A stretch of 21,192 nucleotides of DNA, taken from assembly GCA_000388065.2 (NCBI GenBank), contig KB932203.1. One strand, given 5' to 3'. The translations under genes were made by a program, and so were the position numbers. This document shows, in pieces, positions 1 through 7,364 of this stretch. The stretch is from Fonticula alba ATCC 38817. Its lineage: Eukaryota; Protista; Nucleariida. The notes below the pieces were generated by a model that had not been told where the DNA came from, made no database searches, and was given only the letters and a program-made list of their open reading frames with translations. Each line of letters begins with the position of its first letter. Position 1 is the stretch's first letter.

Positions 1-359
1 GGGGGGAGGGAAGACCGCTGGCCAGAGCCGGGGGGGGGTCTGAGCGCGCAGGAGTGTGCGTTGAATGGCTCGGGAGGGACCTGGCGCCGGGGCAGACCCG
101 GAGTGGGGCGGGGCCCCGTGTGGTGGAAGCAAGTTCAGGACGGAAAGTGCCCGGACCACCAGCACCCGGCGGCGCAGAGGCTTCGGGGGGAAATGTGTGC
201 AACGGCGAAATCCGCGCCCCCCTTCCGCGCCGGTTCCCCCCTGGTCCTTTTCCCGTGCATGGTCCCCAACCACGGGACAGTTTCGCCGTGCGTCATCTGC
301 CAGGTGAGCCGGAACAGTCGGACAAAGAAGAAGCGAGGCCGACGAGCAAATTCGCAGCA

Positions 360-384
360 TATTGGCCAATAATATTGCGCCAAA
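360..384. promoter_or_regulatory. Candidate promoter element: 12-bp palindrome TATTGGCCAATA (a CCAAT box on each strand) next to an E2F-type site GCGCCAAA
   Basis: Sequence is seen directly in an AT-rich island. Function is inferred only from motif similarity, and the target gene is not identified. Confidence 0.3.
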
Positions 385-1391
385 AGAAAAAAAAAAGCAG
401 ACCGCCCTTCCGGTCCGGCGGCCACCGCATCCGGCGATTGGGGGGGGGGGGGAAGGGAGAGCCGGCGGACCCAATCCCCCCATATGCAGAGAGTCCCTTC
501 CTTCGGACCGGGAGAGGACCGCCGGGGCTCGCGGGCGAAGCCGCGCCTCGCCCCTCTCGTCTTCGCGGCCCCCCCCCCCCCCCCCGGGGGCGCGCGGAGA
601 GGGGGGCGCCCAGCCGTTCGCAATGTTGACCACCCCAGGAGCAGGGGCAGGAACAAGGGGCGAAACGGCCGGAGCTGGAGACGGTGAAACGGCCTTTTTT
701 CGCCAGGCCGACACCTCGCCCTGCTCCCCCTCCCCCCCGTGCTCCCCCCTGCTCCTCGGATGGACCTACCGTGCTCCCCCCGGCATCGGACCCGGCGCCG
801 GGGGCGGGTGTGTGCAGCATGCCAGAGGGGAAGCGTTCGCTCGCATTTTCCCGCTCACTCATTGCGCCAGGCCATGCCTCACGCTAGTCCTGTCGCGGGA
901 TCTCCGTCTTCTCGCCGGAGTCTGGGGCATGCCGGCGACCCGCGCGCTCCTGCAGCAATCGCCGGCAGCTCACCCGGCCCGGCCCGTTCCTGGGCCATCA
1001 TGGCGGCGAGACCCAGGCTGCATCCCCCCCTCCCCGCCCCTTCCACCCACCCTGCGCGGTGTTGTCCTGCACCCCCAGACGCACGGGCAGGAGGGGCAGG
1101 GACGGCGAAAAAGGATCGGCACACGCCCGTAGGTCCTCCGCCCCCCCCCCCCCCCCTGCCCCAATAGAAGGGCGACCCGGCCGCCCATCTCCGGCCGCCT
1201 CCGCGCTGATGTGTCCCGCCCCGCCCCGCCCCGCCACCGCACACAGGCGGACGAAGGGAGGAGAGACACACACGCACACGCAGAGGGAGGGACCATTCTC
1301 TTCCCACCCCTCGGCCTGTTGGCCGCGGCGAAAAAAAAAACCCAGGGTTCGAGGGGCGCTCATCACACCAAGGAATGCACTCTTATTGGGA

Positions 1392-1710
1392 TCACCTGAA
1401 ATAATGCGTGATTCTCGTGGTCCGGTGGGACTTCCCCGTCGCCGGGGCGTTCCCCTCGGTTTCGGAGATCGGCACGGCCGGGTATGGATGCTGCCGCGGC
1501 GGGGCCGGCATCGGCCGCCGGGGGGCGGCGACGCCCAGGAAGGCCGCGATGCCCGGCTGCCGTGCGGGATCCACTGGCTCCTGGGCCGAGAGCTGTTGCT
1601 GCTGCTGCTGCTGCTGCTGATCTTGGAGGAAAGGGGGTGGGAGGTCCTGATCCGAGACATGCCTGATATTGCACTCAGGGCAGAGGGTGTGCTGGTCCTG
1701 GGCGGAGAAC
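1392..1710 (-). CDS. SIVA-like exon 3 (last CxxC, poly-Q, two PIP-like motifs)
   Basis: Acceptor cccctaccAG at 1712-1711. Splicing here restores the 13-aa spacer before CPEC. The exon encodes Q9, QPGIAAFL and the terminal TTRITHYFR*. Confidence 0.8.
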
Positions 1711-1751
1711 CTGGTAGGGGCGCGAGGGAAGAGGGAGTGAGTGAGTGTGTA

Positions 1752-1828
<77 letters not shown>

Positions 1829-2194
1829 GTGTGCGCGCGCGCGAACGCGCGCCCGATGTCAGTATGGTGGATTGCCTCTGGATGGGACTGGGCAGGGAGG
1901 CCCATTGGCAGAGGTAAAAGTACCTCTGGGAAATGCACCACTTGCAGCAGGCACACAGGCAGATGGTGCACCCGGCCAGACATTCTCCACAGGTGGACTT
2001 CAGGCAGTGTGTGCAGTCGGTCAACTCCGGCTGAGGCGTGCGGCAGGCATGGCATTGTGGCGCCGGGCCCGGGGCCGGGCCATCTGTCGGTGCAGAGTGG
2101 CCAAGTGCCAGCAGAGGCGTCCGTCAGTTGATCTGGGGGTGTGGAGCAGGGCACGGTGCTCTGATAGGCCAGCTAGAGGTAGATCGCGGCAGGA

Positions 2195-2225
<31 letters not shown>

Positions 2226-2380
2226 CCCCCCTGCCCCACAAGAGACGTACTGTTCTTTCGCCGCCGATCCTGGTCGGCAAAAAATCCTCCAAGCCCTGGC
2301 GCGCCCTCAGCCGAGGGACCCTCGCAAGCAGTGGGACATAGTCCGGGCATTTCGGAGCGAGCTCGTTTCGAGGAGTGCAT
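1392..2380 (-). CDS. SIVA1: SIVA-like (apoptosis regulatory protein Siva family) Cys-rich zinc-finger protein, 3 exons (2380-2251, 2083-1924, 1710-1392), 609 nt, about 202 aa
   Basis: Spliced translation gives CHAC-x9-CTHC-x4-CGEC-x3-CTIC-x4-CKWC-x13(ISQRFSAQDQHTL)-CPEC. This is the same spacing as the human SIVA1 C-terminus recalled from memory (CSSC-x9-CGQC-x4-CGQC-x3-CWGC-x4-CTLC-x13-CTSC). Both introns are GT-AG (GTACGT..ACAG phase 1; GTACTT..CCAG phase 2) and the phases are consistent. Start context is gccATG; TGA is at 1394-1392. The symbol denotes family similarity, not proven orthology. Confidence 0.8.
1745..1843. repeat. (GT)34 microsatellite plus (GC)n; 99-bp uninterrupted alternating purine-pyrimidine tract in intron 2 of the SIVA-like gene
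   Basis: Directly visible; pure GT run at 1755-1822. Confidence 0.97.
1924..2083 (-). CDS. SIVA-like exon 2 (first five CxxC pairs)
   Basis: Acceptor ccgacAG at 2085-2084, with a CTGAC branch motif at 2127-2123. It is the only AG between the upstream in-frame TGA and the first Cys pair. The exon ends AG|GTACTT at 1923. Confidence 0.8.
2195..2221. repeat. C27 homopolymer (G27 on the transcribed strand) in intron 1 of the SIVA-like gene
   Basis: Directly visible. Confidence 0.97.
2251..2380 (-). CDS. SIVA-like exon 1 (MHSSKRARSEMPGLC...DQDRRRKN)
   Basis: ATG at 2380 in gccATG context. The exon ends at a GTACGT donor (2250) followed by a poly-G intron. It has basic KRAR and RRRK patches (possible NLS). 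There is no homology support and the frame is open further upstream, so the start is uncertain. Confidence 0.55.
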
Positions 2381-3430
2381 GGCCAAGTGAGAGCCGAAAA
2401 ATGACCGGAGGCGGCGGAACAGCCAGAGAGAGAGAGAGGAAGAGAGAGGGAGCGGGCGAGCAGCGGGGCGCAGACACAGCAGGCAAGGGCGGAAGGGGAG
2501 ACAAGGGAGGCATCGTTGTACTTCGGCGCACGGGGGAGCGCCTGTGCGCCCGGACACACGAGCCTCTTCTCGTCCCGGGGCGCGGGGGGTGCCCCATCCG
2601 CACGCGAGCAAGCGCACACACGCACACACGCCCACAGGCACATCTGGCGCCTCTGCCCAACGGACCCAGGGCCGGTTTCCGATCTCACATTCGGCCGCCG
2701 CCGCGAGCAGCGCCCTCTCGGTTAACACCAGCCCCGCCGGCAACCGAGTTAATACCGCCCCTCGTGAAGTTTCCCCGGTGCCGGATGTTTCTGATTCCCC
2801 GGCCGCGCCCCCGGGGAGCGGCGGGGGGAGCCCCTGTTCTCTCTCGCTCTCCCGGTCGCTCTCTCGCAGGAGGTCTAACAAAATGGCCAACCGCGGGTGC
2901 TCCCCCCTCGCCGCGGCCCCGGAGGAAGGCGCCCAACTGGAGTGCTGGAGTGCTGGCGCCTGGCGAGCGCCGGGCCAAGGTCTGCCACCCGCAGGTGGTT
3001 CTCCCTCTGCCCAGACTGCTGGCCTCGGTCCCCGGCCCGGTGCTTGGGCCCTCTGCCTCCCGGCGCCCGGGGAAACCCTGCCCCCTTTGTTCTTTGGCTC
3101 CCCGCGCCCCCCGCCCCCCCCCCTGGAAGAAAAGTCGCCTTCTTGCTGAGACCGGGCCAAGCACCAGACAATGGCGATGGGGGGCGGGGTGTCTAGCGTG
3201 TCACACAGCAGCAATGTTTCCCCGCCCCCTCGGCCTCCGGGCTGGTGCGCGGCCCTCAAAAGCTTCGGGCAAGTGTAGCAGGGGACGGTATCTCCCAACT
3301 CCCACCGGATCCCAGGTAATTCCTTTGACAGACTCCGCGCGCCCGGCTGGCTGTGTTTTTCGGCTCCCTCACTCGCGCAGGTGGGGCGGTCGCCCCGGCC
3401 AGCCGGTTCCCCCAGCCCCTCCCCCCCCCC

Positions 3431-3476
3431 NNNNNNNNNNNNNNNNNNNNNNNNNNNNNNNNNNNNNNNNNNNNNN
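3431..3476. other. Assembly gap, 46 N, flanked by poly-C on both sides
   Basis: C10 at 3421-3430, N46, C8 at 3477-3484. Confidence 0.99.
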
Positions 3477-3682
3477 CCCCCCCCGGCAGGCCGGCTGGCC
3501 GGCCGCCCCCCTGGCGAAGACAGTGGGGGCAAGGTCGCGAGGGGGAGCCGGCGCGGCCGCGTATAGTGGGGGCCCCCCTTCAGGAAGGCAGTGCCGCATT
3601 TGGGCAGGGCACCACCACCGCAGATAGGACTGGGGGCGATCTCCGGCCCATGCTCGCCGGGGAAGGGAAGGAGGGCGTCCCC

Positions 3683-3683
3683 C

Positions 3684-3724
<41 letters not shown>

Positions 3725-3763
3725 TGCGTGTGTGTGTGTGTGCGGCGGCGGCGGCGGCGGCGG
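3683..3763. repeat. Compound microsatellite: imperfect (TG)n (62-bp alternating tract, 3683-3744) running into (CGG)7 (3743-3763)
   Basis: Directly visible, in the intergenic region upstream of the BEACH gene. Confidence 0.95.
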
Positions 3764-4099
3764 GCCCTTCCTCCGCCGGTGTCAAGAAAGTAGATGGGCC
3801 AGCCCCCTCGGCCGGCCGCGGGGGAGGTAAGAGGCGTCCACCACTCCACTCCTTTCTCCTTCCACTTTCCCTGCTCCCCCCCGTCGTCCTCCCTCCGGCT
3901 CCCTCCCCTTTCGGCCGCCCGCATCCTCTTCCCCCCCCCGGCGCCGGGGCGCGCTTCTGACCTCTCCGGCGTGGACGACGCCTCCTCCCCCCCCCTCCCC
4001 TCTATCTCTTTCTCCCTGTCCCCTTTTCCCATCCTCCCCCTCAGCGTCTGTGCCGGCGCACGGATATAGACGCGCACACGCGCACACGAGCACACAGCC

Positions 4100-4330
4100 A
4101 TGGCGGCAGTCGCGTCACAGCTCCCCCGGGATGACCTTGGCCCGATCATCGACAGCTTCTTCCTGTCGACCGTCTCTGACCTTGACGCGGCCATCATTCG
4201 CAAGCTGGCCGACATCTCCGCCGCCAACCCGACCGCTTTTGCGCCGTTCGTCGAGCATGCCCAGCAGACGCGACCGACCGTGCCGATCCCGGCCCACGAG
4301 CAAGCCGACCTGAATGAGGCAGCGCGTCAG
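4100..4330 (+). CDS. BEACH gene exon 1 (putative start)
   Basis: acagccATGGCG start context, high-GC3 codons, CAG|GTGCGC donor. No homology anchor. Confidence 0.65.
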
Positions 4331-7302
4331 GTGCGCCGCCCGGTTTTCCCGCCCCCCCCCGCCAAGGGCCTCCCCTCGACTTACCCCTGCCTTTTGCCTC
4401 CCTTCGCGCTCTTTTCGCCCCGTCGTCATCCCTCTTCACCATGCTCCTCCTCGTCTGGCAGATCCTCGCATGCACCCTGCACATGCTCTCCCACGCTCTG
4501 GTCCGGGCGCAGCTCTTGCAGGCCCTGCCGACCGATTGCTCTCAGTGGATGGTGTCCTCCTTCCAGCTGCTCCTTCGATCGGCCCTACGTCTGTCGCCGT
4601 GGATCTCGGCCAGTGTGCGTCCCAGCCCCCTTTCCTGCCCGCCATGTCCGATTTTGCGCGCACGCACACGCGGACGCGCACACAGGTCTCTCTTTTTCTC
4701 TCCCCCCCCCCCCCTCCCCCACACGCAGACATAGACACCACCGCTTACGGACACCGACTGACTCATGCGACCGCAGCTTCTCGAGCTTCTCTGGACGTCA
4801 CTTTGTGCCTGTGTCCGGCCGCTGTCGATCGCCACGACGTCCGCCGCGACGAATCGCTTCCCCGCGCTCAAGCTGCTGATCGATTCGGCCACGCCCTATC
4901 TGCCGGGCCGGGACAGCGATCCGCGCTTCTTTGGCCGGGCCATCATCCCCTGCGTGCCGGTGACCGCCCTGGCCGACATGCTCGGCCCCCTGCTGGAGTT
5001 TTGGCAGTCTCTCTGCCTCCTGCCAGTCGCGGTGACTCTCGCCACCCGGCGTTCCTCCTTCCTGGGTGTTCTCTGTGCGTCTTGTTTGCCCCGGCCCCCC
5101 CCTCCCCCCCTCTCCTTGGCTCTCCTTGCCTGTCTTTCTGTCTCCCTGCCTCGCTCCCTCTTCCTCTGTGTTTCCCTTCCGCCGTAGGTCCCCGGCTGAC
5201 ACTTCCCACGCTCAGACGCTGTTTCGGACCTGGTTGTCTGCGGGTATTTCGGCGTGCCTGCCGGGCCGGCCGACTCATCTCCCTTGTCAATCCGGTCGCC
5301 AGCGCCCACGCCCAAGGATGCGAAGGATCTGGTATTGGCCCTGCGGTCGGTTTCGGCCCGGCTGGAACGTCTTACCGCTCGACACCGCCGGTGCCTGGAG
5401 CCGGCCGACCCGGGGGTCTGTCCGGCCCCCTCTCGTTGCATTGCTCTCGTAGATGTCTCGCCAATCGTGCGTCCCGTAGCGACCGTGTCCCTCTTCTTTT
5501 GTCCTCCCTCCCTCTCCCTCTCTCCTTTGCCCCTGACGCCTTTGCTCACAACCTTTCGTCTGTTCTTTCTATCTCCCTCCCTCCCTCCCTCTCTCCCTCG
5601 CCCGCCAATCGCCAACTAATCCCTCTGCTGTCTCGGGGTCCCAATCTCCGCCCCCCTCTCCAATCCAGCCCGACTCCGTGTCTCGGCTGGTGCTCGGCAT
5701 GCGCACGGTCTTCGGCGGACTAAGCTCAAGTGGGGTGCAATTCTCTCCCTCAGCCCCGGCGACCGCATCGGCTGGCAGCGCCTCCATCCCCGGATCCCCC
5801 GGCTCCCCGGGGCATGGCCGGTCGTCATCCAACAACACCGGGCCCGGGGCCCTCGAGCGTCCCTCTCTTCCCCAGAACCACCCCTGGCTGTCGCTGTATA
5901 TGCTCTGGCCGAGCGCCCCGGCGCCATTGGTCCCGGCGGCCGGCGGCCCGGCCGTCCCGAGCTACTTCTCCCTGGATGGCATGCACTCGGGCTTGGTCCT
6001 GCCGGCCATCGCCTGGCCGGAGCGCGCCAAGGGCTATCTTTTCGCCGCCTGGGTGTGGCTGGAGCCCTGCCCCGTGGGCCCGGTGGCCATCCCCCGGGTC
6101 GAGCGCCCGGCCGAAGCCCCGGGCTCCCCGGGCCAGCAGCCGGCCTCGGCAGCACACCCACAGCAGCCGGCCTCGGAACGCTCCCCCGGCAAGACTTCCA
6201 CCTCGTCCTCCTTCTTGGGCGGCATGCTGGCCTCGGTCACTCGGGCCACGGGGCTCGCCTCGCCGGAGCCCTCTCTGCCCGGGTCGCCGAAGCTCGGGGC
6301 ATCGGGCCGCTCGGCGGTGCCGCCGCCAGCGCCCTTCACTCCGCCCCGCGCGCCGACACCTCCCGCTCGGCAGTACCTCTACAGGTGCGCGACTCTGCCA
6401 CTTCTCGCCGCTTCTCGCCCTCTTCGCTGCCTCCCTCTGGCCTCGCTCGCTCGCTCGCTCGCTCACTCATGGGACTGACTCGGTCCTTGGTGGATAGCTT
6501 TGCCGCTCGGGACACCTCGCCCACGGTTTTCGGGGCCGGTGTCCATGCCTTCTTTGAGCGGTACCCGAATATCGAGGCGCTGGACCCGTCGATTGCCGTG
6601 GCTCAGGTGGATCACTACCGCCTGGTGGTCGAGTCGACTGGCCTCTCGCCCGCGCTGACCAAGGACGAGCGCCGACGCTACGAGCGCCAGGATCGCCCGA
6701 TCCCCCGGAACCTGGTCGACTCGACGGCCTTTGTGCGTTGTCCACTCGCCTGCCCCTTGTCCCCCCCCCCCCCCCCCCGCCCTCGCCCTTCACCCCTTGC
6801 CCCTTCGTCCTGCCTCCTGTTTGTTCTGTCTGGGATTCGGCGTGCTGACATGTGCCCCTGCCCCGCAACAGGACTTTCCCTTCTGCCCCGGGCGCTGGTA
6901 CCATGTGGCTGTGTCCCACGCGCCGGAGACCGTGTCCAGCAGCTGGTGGTGGCCCTTCGGCTCGTCGTCCGGCACGGCATCCACCGCCGAGACCGGGCTC
7001 CCCGGGCAGGTGGCGCTGTACATCGATGGGTGTCTGGTTCTCTCGTCGCCGGACTCCCTGCCCCCGAGTGCTGAGCCGCATGCCGGCAAGGGTACCAAGA
7101 AGCCGGCCGACCCGGCCCCCGGGGCGACTGACGATCCGGCGTATGCCCGGTCGCGGCCCCTGCGCTTCCCCTTCCTGAATGAGGTACGCACATGGCCGGC
7201 CGTGGACTTTCCTCCCCTCGGTCCTGCCCCTTCACAGCATGCCCTTTCCTCCCCATGTCCCGCGCTCACATGCATGTACTCGCCGCTCTCCCTTCCACCA
7301 CT

Positions 7303-7364
<62 letters not shown>

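Larger units (their letters stand above)
2381..4099. promoter_or_regulatory. Divergent intergenic/5' region shared by the SIVA-like and BEACH genes
   Basis: Head-to-head start codons 1.7 kb apart. Pyrimidine-rich tracts face each gene on its own sense strand (about 2400-2520 on minus, about 3840-4040 on plus). TSSs are unknown. Confidence 0.45.

Noticed and set aside
1-1001. Possible minus-strand gene (gccgccATG at 1001, GTGAGC donor at about 973, acceptor at 297, frame open to the window edge)
   Set aside because: The signals can be joined in phase, but the peptide is unrecognisable, codon usage is less GC3-biased than in the real genes, and the donor does not match the local consensus. Not supportable.
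1059-2390. 443-aa plus-strand ORF and (CV)n / (TH)n peptides
   Set aside because: Antisense to the SIVA-like gene. The Cys-Val and Thr-His runs are translated dinucleotide repeats, not metal-binding proteins.
2021-3627. Overlapping 503-aa (minus) and 529-aa (plus) ORFs across the intergenic region
   Set aside because: They run through microsatellites, homopolymers and the N gap, use codons rare in the real genes (TTA, GTA) and have no domain. Only the part matching SIVA-like exon 1 is retained; a longer N-terminus cannot be fully excluded.
4314-5723. 469-aa plus-strand ORF
   Set aside because: It crosses predicted introns 1-4 in a frame that is mostly not the exon frame; low-complexity product.
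7304-7363. Poly-Ala, poly-Pro or poly-Arg protein stretch
   Set aside because: The (CCG)20 tract falls inside intron 7. The flanking ConA-like motifs join in frame without it.
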